Of a DNA stretch of 64,000 nucleotides, positions 38,995 through 48,414 are shown in pieces. The DNA is from Deltaproteobacteria bacterium. GTDB taxonomy: Bacteria; Bdellovibrionota_G; JALEGL01; JAGRMV01. The notes beneath the pieces were generated by a model that was not told where the DNA came from, ran no database searches, and saw nothing but the letters and a program-made list of their open reading frames with translations. Numbering within the stretch: position 1 is the stretch's first letter; each line of letters starts with the position of its first letter. A program made the translations under genes and the position numbers. The stretch is taken from the NCBI GenBank assembly GCA_020441045.1, contig JAGRMV010000001.1, positions 8,167 through 72,166 of the forward strand, read 5' to 3'.

Positions 38995-40424
38995 TATAGG
39001 TATTCCCTAAAAAGATGCATAAAGAGATCACGGTATTGCGTCAGCACAGAGGTTTTGGCATAGGCTTCATCAGAAAACGCCGTCGCTCGTGTAATTTTTT
39101 GATCAATTATCTGATGAAGTTTTTTAACCAAATGCATATCATAACACTCAATATTTAATTCAAAATTCAGTGTAAAGCTTCTTTCATCCCAGTTGGATGA
39201 TCCTAAAAAAGCTACATCATCGTCAATCAAAAACAATTTACTATGATCAAATGGCGCAGGTGTTTCGTAAATCGCACATCCGTTTTTTGCAAGATGACTC
39301 AGCGGAATTTTTGAGCTCCACTGCATGATTTTGGCATTATTGGTTTTCGGCACAATGACTTCAACCAAAACTCCTGATGCTGCTGAAATACAAAGCAAAT
39401 CTAAGATATGGGCATCGGGTAAAAAATAAGGTGTTACAATACGAATACTTTTATTTGCGCTCGATAAAGCTGCAATAAATATAGAACGAAGCGTATCAAA
39501 ATCCTCATCGGGACCATCACGAATTGCCCGTGCCATAGTATATCCTGAAACTTGGTGAGAAACATGTGTAAAAACATCTTCAAGATTTTCTCCGGTCGTA
39601 AAGAGCCAATCTTCATAAAATGTTTGCTGAATCTGATCAACTACAGGCCCTTGAATACAAAAATGAATATCTTGCAAAATAGGTTGCTGCGTTTTTTGAC
39701 TGATGCCACTACGGATATTCATTCCACCAGTATAAGCTGTTTGCTGATCAATGATCAGTGTTTTACGATGGTTACGCAAATTGAAATATTTTGCACGCCA
39801 TGGGATCAATGACGGCAAAAACAATGCAACATTGAACTTATGTTTTTTAAGCAATCCAATAATCGGATGACTGGTATGCCTTGCCCCAACTGCATCAATC
39901 AAAATATAAATTTTAACGCCTCTTTTTTTGGCCCGTTCAAGGGCTGCAACAATCTCTGTACCCATCGCATCAGCATCAAAAATATAAGTGCACAAGGTAA
40001 TTACGCTTTGCGCTTGATCAATATTTTTGCACATGGACTGTGTCGCCAGCATAATCGTGTCTAATATTTCAATATGATTGCCTTGGGTTAGACTTTGCTG
40101 GGTCGTTTTTTGTGCATATCTCTGCAGCTTATCTGCACCAACATCTTGTATAATATCATTTTGCACAAAACGTCTTTGAATGTTTTGAATTTTGGCTTGA
40201 CGATAGATTCGATTGATACCGAGCAACCAATACAAAAAACTCCCAAAAAAAGGAGAAAACCAGATCAAAGCAACCCAGGCCAATCCTGTTTCCTTATATC
40301 TTTTTTCCCTTAGTATGTGCAATGTTGTCATCAAGCTGATCACAACATGCACCAACAAAAAAAGTATATTTCTAAACCGATATGCCAGTGATAAAAAATC
40401 TTTGATTTGTTCTACGTTGATCAT
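38994..40424 (-). CDS. cls: Cardiolipin synthase (PLD superfamily, two HKD motifs, two N-terminal TMs)
   Basis: 476 aa; HKD motifs HRKTLIIDQQTAYTGGMN and HSKLFLIDDDVAFLGSSNWDERS. Confidence 0.85.
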   Translation of the reverse strand: MINVEQIKDFLSLAYRFRNILFLLVHVVISLMTTLHILREKRYKETGLAWVALIWFSPFFGSFLYWLLGINRIYRQAKIQNIQRRFVQNDIIQDVGADKLQRYAQKTTQQSLTQGNHIEILDTIMLATQSMCKNIDQAQSVITLCTYIFDADAMGTEIVAALERAKKRGVKIYILIDAVGARHTSHPIIGLLKKHKFNVALFLPSLIPWRAKYFNLRNHRKTLIIDQQTAYTGGMNIRSGISQKTQQPILQDIHFCIQGPVVDQIQQTFYEDWLFTTGENLEDVFTHVSHQVSGYTMARAIRDGPDEDFDTLRSIFIAALSSANKSIRIVTPYFLPDAHILDLLCISAASGVLVEVIVPKTNNAKIMQWSSKIPLSHLAKNGCAIYETPAPFDHSKLFLIDDDVAFLGSSNWDERSFTLNFELNIECYDMHLVKKLHQIIDQKITRATAFSDEAYAKTSVLTQYRDLFMHLFREYL

Positions 40425-40613
40425 CGTTAAGATTATTGCTTTACGTTATTTTATGTTTTTTATGCTACGCCAATCATGACACAAAACGTAGCACATGCGA
40501 AATATTTGCCATTGTTATTAAATGATATGGATCATTTTTTGTGCTGGGGTTGTTTTGTACGGTTGCAAGTGTTACAAAAAGTATCATCGTATCTATAAAG
40601 AAAGGAGAATCAC

Positions 40614-40877
40614 ATGGTAAAACAAGAATGGAAAGAAATCATGAAAAGCGTCAAAGGCCTAAAAGATGACCTGCGCTTACAATCACATTTGCTGACGATG
40701 GAAGCCAAAGATGAATGGGTTTCTTTAGAAGAAAAATCTGAGAAACTAAAAAATCGTTTGGGGCATGCATGGGATGCAATTGAAGATGTATCTGAAGATG
40801 TGTGGGATGCCAACAAACATGTATTCCATGAGCTACAAGAAGGATTCCAAAAGCTCAAACGCACGCTTAAAGACTGA
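40614..40877 (+). CDS. Small acidic hypothetical protein (87 aa)
   Basis: Strong RBS AAAGGAG 6 nt before the ATG at 40614; followed immediately by an intrinsic terminator. Charged, probably helical. Confidence 0.5.
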   Translation: MVKQEWKEIMKSVKGLKDDLRLQSHLLTMEAKDEWVSLEEKSEKLKNRLGHAWDAIEDVSEDVWDANKHVFHELQEGFQKLKRTLKD

Positions 40878-40886
40878 TCTTTGTGA

Positions 40887-40928
40887 CCCCATAACATCCA
40901 ACCATCGTTGGATGTTATGGGGTTTATT
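40887..40928 (+). terminator. Rho-independent terminator (16-bp perfect stem CCCCATAACATCCAAC/GTTGGATGTTATGGGG, 4-nt loop, then TTTATT)
   Basis: Seen directly; 10 nt after the stop of the 87-aa ORF, between convergent genes. Confidence 0.65.
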
Positions 40929-40978
40929 ACGCCGATAAGGTTCGCTATGAATCATATCATTTTTTTTGCGTCATATTT

Positions 40979-41770
40979 TTAGCTAAATCTTAAGCAGCGC
41001 ATCGACATCGATGCGTTTTGGTAGCCTTCAAAAATAAAGTCAATCATATCTTTTTCATTTGAGGCACCTAAAATATAAAGCAGTGGCAAGTAGTGTTCCC
41101 ATGTCGGAATGCTTAGCTTTGCTTCTGGCATTGTTTCTACATCTGCGATCAATGGTTGAAAATCGCGGGTAATGATTTTATCCTTGACCCAATGATCAAA
41201 TGCAACAACCCAATCATAAGGTTTTGCGTCAGTATCCCAATTGATTTTTCGAAGGTTGTGTACAATATTTCCACTGCCCATGAGCATCACTTCTTGCTTT
41301 CGAAGAAGAGCCAGCTTTTGGCCAAGTGCATAATGAAACGCCGGAGGCTGATTTTGATCCAAACTCAGTTGCAGAACTGGCACATCGGCATGAGGGTATA
41401 CATGCCTGAGCACAGCCCATGTACCATGATCTAACCCCCATTTATTTCTGTCGACTGTAATATTCTGATCAACCAGCATCGCAGCAATCTCTTCTGCCAA
41501 TATTGGCAAACCCTGTGCTGGATATTGAACTGCATAAAGCTCATCCGAAAAACCTGCAAAGTCATGAATCGTCTTTGGATGTTGCATACCCGTAATCCAT
41601 GTCCCTGTTGTTTCCCAATGCGCAGAAATCATTACAATGGCTTTTGGTTTAGGAAGGTTTTTTCCCAAACTGCGTAATGCTTGCGTATAGTCATTTTCTG
41701 CTATGACATTGATCGGTGAACCATGGCCAAAAAAAATCGCTGGCATTTTAGATGATGTATCGACATTCAT
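40979..41770 (-). CDS. ygiD: 4,5-DOPA dioxygenase extradiol-like protein (YgiD family)
   Basis: 263 aa; colinear with E. coli YgiD (…FFGHGSPINV…ISAHWET…IHDFAGF…GLDHGTWAVL…SGNIVHNLR…HYLPLLYILGA…). Confidence 0.8.
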   Translation of the reverse strand: MNVDTSSKMPAIFFGHGSPINVIAENDYTQALRSLGKNLPKPKAIVMISAHWETTGTWITGMQHPKTIHDFAGFSDELYAVQYPAQGLPILAEEIAAMLVDQNITVDRNKWGLDHGTWAVLRHVYPHADVPVLQLSLDQNQPPAFHYALGQKLALLRKQEVMLMGSGNIVHNLRKINWDTDAKPYDWVVAFDHWVKDKIITRDFQPLIADVETMPEAKLSIPTWEHYLPLLYILGASNEKDMIDFIFEGYQNASMSMRCLRFS

Positions 41771-41933
41771 TTTTAGATATCACCTTGGTTACGGTTTTTG
41801 ATTTTTTATACAGTCACAATGACCGACAAATAGGCATACCATACTCTGCATGGGACTTAAAAGCTTTTACCTAATAAGCTTGTTTTGGTATGCTCAGAGA
41901 GATGATTGTTCACCCCAAAAGGAGAATAAAGAC

Positions 41934-42407
41934 ATGGCATTACTCGAAGAAGGCAAAAAAGCCCCTGCATTTACTTTGGCATCTACAAGCGGGAAAAATA
42001 TATCTTCTAAAGATTTATTAGGTTCGTCCTATATTTTATTTTTCTACCCAAAAGACAATACACCTGGTTGCACCAAAGAGGCCTGCTCTTTTCGAGATCA
42101 TTTCTCCAAGCTAAAACGCAAAAAAATTGCACTTTTTGGTATCAGTCCCGATTCCATTGCCAGTCATGAAAAATTCATCAGCAAACAAGAACTTCCTTTT
42201 GAACTTTTAAGTGATCCTGAGCATAACATTGCCGAAAAATTCGGAGCTTGGGGAGAAAAGAAAATGTATGGCAAGTCATATATGGGTATTTTGCGATCAA
42301 CTTTTATCGTCAATGATAAAGGTATCATCGTCAAAGTTTATCCCAAAGTCCAAGTGGCAACCCATGCCGAAGACATTTTGGAAGATCTAAAAGATATAAA
42401 ACTCTAA
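41934..42407 (+). CDS. bcp: Thioredoxin-dependent thiol peroxidase (peroxiredoxin Bcp)
   Basis: ATG at 41934 behind RBS AAAGGAG; MALLEEGKKAPAFTL…; peroxidatic Cys in …FFYPKDNTPGCTKEAC…. Confidence 0.85.
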   Translation: MALLEEGKKAPAFTLASTSGKNISSKDLLGSSYILFFYPKDNTPGCTKEACSFRDHFSKLKRKKIALFGISPDSIASHEKFISKQELPFELLSDPEHNIAEKFGAWGEKKMYGKSYMGILRSTFIVNDKGIIVKVYPKVQVATHAEDILEDLKDIKL

Positions 42408-42430
42408 TTGATTTGATCTTTTACGCGCAA

Positions 42431-43783
42431 TTAAAGGGGTTTTTGGATAAGCTGATCCGTAAGATTGTGCCACTGTACAAAAAAGCTTTGTAGTTGTATC
42501 TGGGCTTGAATTGCGCTGTATTGATTTTGCGCCATTTGCGTTTGTACATCTAAAAATTGGTCGAGCTCAATTTGCCCACGGTTGTACCGAATCAGTTCCT
42601 GATCCATAATACGTACGGCGACATCATATTTGTGCTTGTTGATCTCGACAATTTGTTGTTGTTTTTGAATTTGATGATGCAGGATTTGTATTGCCAAGCT
42701 AATATCGCGCTGTGAAACTTTTTTCTCAAGGGCGGCCACACTAGCATCAAAAGCCAATTTTTTTTGCTCGGCTTTATTCACAGAATCACCTAGGGGCACA
42801 CTGAGCCCAAAACCAACAATTGCTTCATTACGGTCTGCTGAAACATTAAACCGCGTAAATTGATCACGATTTAATCCCAAAATCAAATCCAACTCAGGAT
42901 AACGCTCTCTTTTTTTGACCAAGGCTTGGGTCGAAAGTGCCTCTTCAGTTAATTGTAATATTTTGATACTTCGTGTTTCTGACACCAGTTTATTCATATC
43001 TTGATCACCGATCGATGGTGAAGTCCATAGTACGATTTTAGCTTCTGGACTGATCTGACGACCCGCAACTTGATCAACGGTTAAAAGTTTTTGTTCAAAT
43101 GTAGCTTGTTTTTGTAACATATCTTCTTGATTATTTAACAATTGGAGGGCAATCCTATCCACGTCTACATTAAGCGCAATTTTGTTTTTTCTTTTTTCCT
43201 GAATATATCCGTTGAGCTTTTGTGTCTGCTGATACAAATCTTGACTGGCTTGATAGGTCAGATAGGCCAACTGCAAATCCATATATTCCAGAATTTTAGC
43301 CTCAACATAATCTTCATAAGCCTGCACCACCTGTAAATACAAAATTTGATTTTCTATATTCAGGGCCTGGTTTTGTTTTCTATGATTACTACCAAAAGCA
43401 TTTTTTAAGAGATCTTGCTCAATGCGAATACCTAGGGTTTCTTCATCACGGCCGATCAGTTCATTTTTTTGATAGGACCCTGATATACTCGTTCCAGTTT
43501 CAAAAATTTCTTTTCCTGCAGAAACGCCAAAGCTTTTGGTGGTTTGGCCATCACCTAAAACGATGCCATATTCGTTTTGCACTTCAATCAAAAATTGTCG
43601 ACTTGGCAAAGAAAGATCTTTATGAAAAGAAAGCTGATCCAAATCTTTCAGTATTTTTTCATAGGCAATATCGTTTTGCTTTAATTGCGTAAGATAGTCT
43701 TGCAGTGTCACTGTATGATCTGCAAAAGCTCGCGGCATAAGAAAATAAAACCCGAAAAGAATAAAAAAGATTACATGACCCAT
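42431..43783 (-). CDS. Outer-membrane efflux channel (TolC/OMF family)
   Basis: 450 aa, signal peptide, two-repeat coiled-coil-rich architecture; start overlaps the RND gene's 3' end. Confidence 0.7.
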   Translation of the reverse strand: MGHVIFFILFGFYFLMPRAFADHTVTLQDYLTQLKQNDIAYEKILKDLDQLSFHKDLSLPSRQFLIEVQNEYGIVLGDGQTTKSFGVSAGKEIFETGTSISGSYQKNELIGRDEETLGIRIEQDLLKNAFGSNHRKQNQALNIENQILYLQVVQAYEDYVEAKILEYMDLQLAYLTYQASQDLYQQTQKLNGYIQEKRKNKIALNVDVDRIALQLLNNQEDMLQKQATFEQKLLTVDQVAGRQISPEAKIVLWTSPSIGDQDMNKLVSETRSIKILQLTEEALSTQALVKKRERYPELDLILGLNRDQFTRFNVSADRNEAIVGFGLSVPLGDSVNKAEQKKLAFDASVAALEKKVSQRDISLAIQILHHQIQKQQQIVEINKHKYDVAVRIMDQELIRYNRGQIELDQFLDVQTQMAQNQYSAIQAQIQLQSFFVQWHNLTDQLIQKPL

Positions 43784-46700
43784 TTTTTACTCCATTGGCT
43801 TGCATGCATATAAATCACATATACACATGGTACTAAAACCAAGGTAATCATGGTTCCAAACAAAAGTCCCCATCCCATTGCCAACATCATTTCTGCAAGC
43901 ATCGAGTCATACCCAGCAATACCATATGCTGTCGGAAAGATGCCCGCAATCGTTGTTAATGTCGTTAAAATAATTGGGCGTAATCGCGTAGCACAAACTT
44001 CTGCCACGTGAGCAAAGTTTTGTAAAATCGGAACCTTTGTATCAATGTCATTTTCAAGTTTATTCAGTAGAACAATTGCATCATTGATGACAACCCCGGT
44101 CATGCCTAGCGTTCCAACCACTGCAAAAAAACCATACTGCACAATACCATGTGCCAAAAACGCAACAATGACACCAACCGTGCCAAACGGAATAATCAAG
44201 GCAATCAAAAAAGGTACACTTAATGAGTTAAACAAAAAAACCAGCAATATATAAATCAACATCAGTGCAAGCACAATGGACATTGAAAAATCACCCTGGG
44301 ACTGTCTCGAATCCTCCACTTCACCACGGAATACGAGATTGGTCGAAGGACTTTCTCGGATCAACCCTGGAAATACATTCGTTTCCAACATAGACGCTAC
44401 TTCAAGCGGTGTATATGGAGGATCTTCTACAAAGTCTGCATACACTTTTGTGGAGCGTTTAAAGTTGACCCTTGAGATGTTAGACGGCTTGATGGTTTCT
44501 TCCACATCGACAATACTTGCAATCGGAACCAAATACTGCTGCTCGTTAGAGGTATAAAGATCGAGAATATTTTGAATATCATCAATATTTTTCTTTTGGC
44601 TGCTCAATCGGATATCGACCTCTTCATCGCCATCGATCAATGTATATAAAATTCTTCCTTCAACAAAGGATCGAATGGTTGTGGCCAATTCTTGAAAGTT
44701 GATTTTTAGCTTAGAAGCCTTTTCTTTGTTGATATGAAGTTTATAGGCCCGTTTGGTCACAGGTTTTTCCACCTCAACATTGGAAACAAAATCCATTTTT
44801 TCCATGTGCTGCTCAAGATGATGCACAACCTGGGCCCGTTTGACATCATCGTTTTCTTGGATTTCAATTTCAATGGGGCTTCCACTGCCACTACCCCACC
44901 AATGTTTCATGAAACGCACTTCTTTGAGCCCTTGCATTTGATTGCTTTTTTCCTGCCAGGTATCCAACCAATAAGAGAGCGGATGATCTCGCTGAGAAGG
45001 GTCAACAAGTTCAACCCGAAGAGATGCCTCATTTTCTTTGACTTCACCGCCACGCCGGCTCTGGCCAATACTTGTACGAACCACCTCTACAATTTCTTCA
45101 CCGATAAAAATATCTGCCTGCGGCTCAATCAAAGCGCCCATCTCATACCGATTGATGCCCTCAGGTCCATATGCTTTGATAAATATCTCTTTGGGTTCAT
45201 CACGAGGAAACATGACATATTTCATCTTGGTCGCACCCATATATCCACTGACAATAAGCAAAGCAACGAACAAAACCACAGTCACATATCGAAAAGGCAA
45301 AATGGTGGTGAGAAAATATTGATATTTTTTTTCAAAATATACAATCCATTTTCTGCGAGCAATGGCAAATTTGTTTTGTGGTAGGTCGCTTGATTTTTTC
45401 CATGGCAATGGATGAATCATATGCGAAGGAAGGACAAAGGCCGATTCAAGAAGAGAAGCAAAAAGCATCAAAAAAACAACTGTTGGAATATATTTCACAA
45501 ACAGTCCAAACCGACCGGAAAAAAAATACAACGGCAAAAATGCCGCGCAGGTAGTTAAAATACTGGCTGTTACTGGCATCAGCATGGAAAGCGTGCTTTC
45601 GATAGAAGCTTGTAAACGATCTTTTGCCACCCATAAATGTCTATTGATATTCTCTGCAATGATGATGGCATCATCAACAACAATGCCCAAAACTATGATG
45701 ATCGAAGCTAGTGTCATATTGTTAACGGTAAAACCTAAAAGAATCGCGCCGATCAAGGTAATTGCAAGCGAAAATGGAATGCCCATCGCAACCCAAAACC
45801 CTGTTGAAAAATTCAGAAACAAAAACAACACTAAGACAATCAATAAAAACCCAATCACCCCATTTGAGCCAATGATCGAAAGCCGATTGCGCACATCATA
45901 TGATTCGTCATCCATCAACATAATGCGCAAGCCACTGTCTTGATGGCCTTGTAAAAAAGCATCGGTAAAAGCGACAATGGTCTTTTGTGCGGTAAGAATG
46001 TCGGCACTAGAACTTTTTTGAATATTAAAAATAACCGCTTCATGTCCTTGGATTTTTTGTAGCGCATTGACACGCTCAAACCCGAGTTGTGTGGTTGCCA
46101 AATCTTTGACTTGGATTCTTTGCCCGCCGAAACCACTTTGCACAATGGTGTTATCAAAATCTCTGACATCTTTGATTTCCCCATATAACCCCACCTCTGA
46201 CTCTTGCAAGTCAGACATGTTTCCTGCAGGCACCCTGATATGTTGATCGACAATACTTTGACCCACTGTTGCCATCGAAATTTGTGCTTTTTTCATTTTA
46301 TTGGGATCGACCAATATTTGAATTTCTGGCCGCAAATAACCGGAACTCTCAACGCCACTAATCTCAGGTAATGACAAAAGTTTGTTTTTAAAGGCAAGGG
46401 CGTAGGTTTGCAGTTTTTGTCTATTTTCAATGCTAAGGGTTTTTTCTCCTTCTATATATAAACCGATATCGATAATGGCTTTTTCTGCGCTGCTAAATTG
46501 TGAATAGATCGGATCTTCGCTTTCTCGCGGAAGCTCTGTCCGTTCAACGGCATCTTTGATGTCTTGCACTTTTTGTCGAAACGCATCATCACGAATATGT
46601 GGATCGACATTGATCCGAAATGAAGCCGATCCATACGACGAAGTGGCTTGTACTTCATACAAACCGGAAACGCCTTTGAGGTTTTCTTCAATGGGCTTGG

Positions 46701-46893
46701 TGATAAACAGTTCTACATCTTGCGCAGATGCGCCTGGGTAAATGATCACGCAGCGCAAAAAATTCATCGAAAATTCGGGCAGTTCTTCTTTGCCAATTTG
46801 CTTCCATAATAAGACAGATGCAAACATGGTCGCAAAAAGCACAACGTTGACGACCAATGGTTTTTTACAAAAATATGTAATCAGCCCGCGCAC
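43771..46893 (-). CDS. RND superfamily efflux permease (AcrB-like, 12-TM)
   Basis: 1040 aa; two large periplasmic loops, two 6-TM bundles, conserved RND TM4/TM10 regions. Confidence 0.85.
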   Translation of the reverse strand: MRGLITYFCKKPLVVNVVLFATMFASVLLWKQIGKEELPEFSMNFLRCVIIYPGASAQDVELFITKPIEENLKGVSGLYEVQATSSYGSASFRINVDPHIRDDAFRQKVQDIKDAVERTELPRESEDPIYSQFSSAEKAIIDIGLYIEGEKTLSIENRQKLQTYALAFKNKLLSLPEISGVESSGYLRPEIQILVDPNKMKKAQISMATVGQSIVDQHIRVPAGNMSDLQESEVGLYGEIKDVRDFDNTIVQSGFGGQRIQVKDLATTQLGFERVNALQKIQGHEAVIFNIQKSSSADILTAQKTIVAFTDAFLQGHQDSGLRIMLMDDESYDVRNRLSIIGSNGVIGFLLIVLVLFLFLNFSTGFWVAMGIPFSLAITLIGAILLGFTVNNMTLASIIIVLGIVVDDAIIIAENINRHLWVAKDRLQASIESTLSMLMPVTASILTTCAAFLPLYFFSGRFGLFVKYIPTVVFLMLFASLLESAFVLPSHMIHPLPWKKSSDLPQNKFAIARRKWIVYFEKKYQYFLTTILPFRYVTVVLFVALLIVSGYMGATKMKYVMFPRDEPKEIFIKAYGPEGINRYEMGALIEPQADIFIGEEIVEVVRTSIGQSRRGGEVKENEASLRVELVDPSQRDHPLSYWLDTWQEKSNQMQGLKEVRFMKHWWGSGSGSPIEIEIQENDDVKRAQVVHHLEQHMEKMDFVSNVEVEKPVTKRAYKLHINKEKASKLKINFQELATTIRSFVEGRILYTLIDGDEEVDIRLSSQKKNIDDIQNILDLYTSNEQQYLVPIASIVDVEETIKPSNISRVNFKRSTKVYADFVEDPPYTPLEVASMLETNVFPGLIRESPSTNLVFRGEVEDSRQSQGDFSMSIVLALMLIYILLVFLFNSLSVPFLIALIIPFGTVGVIVAFLAHGIVQYGFFAVVGTLGMTGVVINDAIVLLNKLENDIDTKVPILQNFAHVAEVCATRLRPIILTTLTTIAGIFPTAYGIAGYDSMLAEMMLAMGWGLLFGTMITLVLVPCVYVIYMHASQWSKKWVM

Positions 46894-46982
46894 AGTTCAA
46901 AGTTATACGCGAAAACAACGATAATGCTAAATGAAAGTAGCGGTTATCGCACCTCGGCCATGAGATAAAAGCGCTCTTTGGC

Positions 46983-48239
46983 TTATGGATTGCCCCAAAA
47001 TAAATAACTAATGAAGATAGCAGTAATAATCCCAGCGGCATCGGCAATCAAGCCGCAAGGCGCAGCATGTCGGGTGCGTTTGATCCCAACTGAACCAAAG
47101 TACACAGCCAAGACATAAAACGTCGTCTCAGTACTGCCCTGGAAGACACTGGCCAAACGACCGGCAAAAGAATCAACGCCAAATGTTTTCATGGTCTCAA
47201 ATAGCATACCACGCGCTCCACTCCCGCTGAGTGGTTTCATAAACGCTGTTGGCATCGCATCAACAAAATCGGAATTGATCCCAAAAAGTTCAACCACCCA
47301 TCGAAACATATCCAGAAAAAAATCAAGCGCGCCACTGGCACGAAATACACCAATGGCAACCAGCATCGCAACCAAATATGGAATGATGGTAATTGCCGTT
47401 TGAAAACCATCTTTTGCCCCCTCGATAAACGAATTGTAGACGTTGACTTTTTTGTACACCGACACAGCAATAAAGCTTGTGATCACGCCAAGCAAAATAA
47501 AACTACTCAAAAAAGAGGAGTGACTTTGTAGTTGATCTGCCGGCAAATTATAAAAATACAACAACAATCCCAACACAAACAAAGTCAAGCCACCAAAATA
47601 GGACAGGATGGTTTTATCCCAAATTTTGATTTTTTGGATCCATGCCACCGACAAAAATCCAAATAACGTTGAGGCAAAGGTTGAAAACATCAGCGGAATA
47701 AACACATCGGTCGGATTGGCGGCCCCAAGTTGGGTGCGGTAGGCAAAAATCGTTACCGGGATCAATGAGACCGAAGATGTATTGATCACCAAAAACATAA
47801 TCTGCGCATTGGTCGCTGTACTTTTATCGGCATTGAGCGTCTGCATTTCTTGCATGGCTTTTAATCCAGACGGGGTCGCTGCATTGTCCATACCTAGCAT
47901 ATTGCAAGCCATGTTCATTGCAATCGAGCCCAAGGCTGGATGACCTTTGGGGATGTCCGGCATGATTTTGGCAAACAGAGGATTCAGACATCGGGTGAGC
48001 CACTGAATAAATCCAGCATTCTCACCAATTTTGATGATGCCCATCCATAAACAAAGCACCCCGGTGATACCAATAGAGATTTCAAAACCGACTTTGGCCA
48101 TCTTGAAAGTCGATTCCAGAATTTTTGAAAAAAGATCCTCCTGCGCCTGGAAGATGCCAGCAAAGGCAAAAACAAAGGACGTCAAAAAGAAAAAAACAAA
48201 GATGATATTCAATGGATCGATATGCGATTTTTTGGTCAT
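46983..48239 (-). CDS. Membrane protein with tandem nucleoside-recognition (Gate) domains
   Basis: Polytopic; ATG at 48239 (MTKKSHIDPLNIIFVFFFL…); the track ORF extends further upstream to 48299. Confidence 0.5.
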   Translation of the reverse strand: MTKKSHIDPLNIIFVFFFLTSFVFAFAGIFQAQEDLFSKILESTFKMAKVGFEISIGITGVLCLWMGIIKIGENAGFIQWLTRCLNPLFAKIMPDIPKGHPALGSIAMNMACNMLGMDNAATPSGLKAMQEMQTLNADKSTATNAQIMFLVINTSSVSLIPVTIFAYRTQLGAANPTDVFIPLMFSTFASTLFGFLSVAWIQKIKIWDKTILSYFGGLTLFVLGLLLYFYNLPADQLQSHSSFLSSFILLGVITSFIAVSVYKKVNVYNSFIEGAKDGFQTAITIIPYLVAMLVAIGVFRASGALDFFLDMFRWVVELFGINSDFVDAMPTAFMKPLSGSGARGMLFETMKTFGVDSFAGRLASVFQGSTETTFYVLAVYFGSVGIKRTRHAAPCGLIADAAGIITAIFISYLFWGNP

Positions 48240-48414
48240 TTGTTGTCCCTCTTGAAAAAATAGAAGATCTCGGTATACCAAACATCCGCAATAAACCAAC
48301 CATGATTTTTGACCACATCCATACTTGATATCGCTACAGCAATGATTCTCCTTTGTTTTAAACTACTTAGACAAATGGTGTTGCGCGTTATGAGAAACCA
48401 TGCTACGAGCCCCC

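Noticed and set aside
40563-40600. Specific sigma70 promoter assignment for the 87-aa gene (TTGCAA… / TTACAA-16-TATAAA)
   Set aside because: The best-spaced hexamer pair would put the transcription start inside the RBS, and the alternatives have poor -10 elements, so no promoter feature is called there.
44734-45384. 216-aa + strand ORF (and 45584..45943, 45915..46253) inside the RND permease gene
   Set aside because: Antisense or alternative frame of a well-conserved RND transporter gene; no motifs, no RBS.
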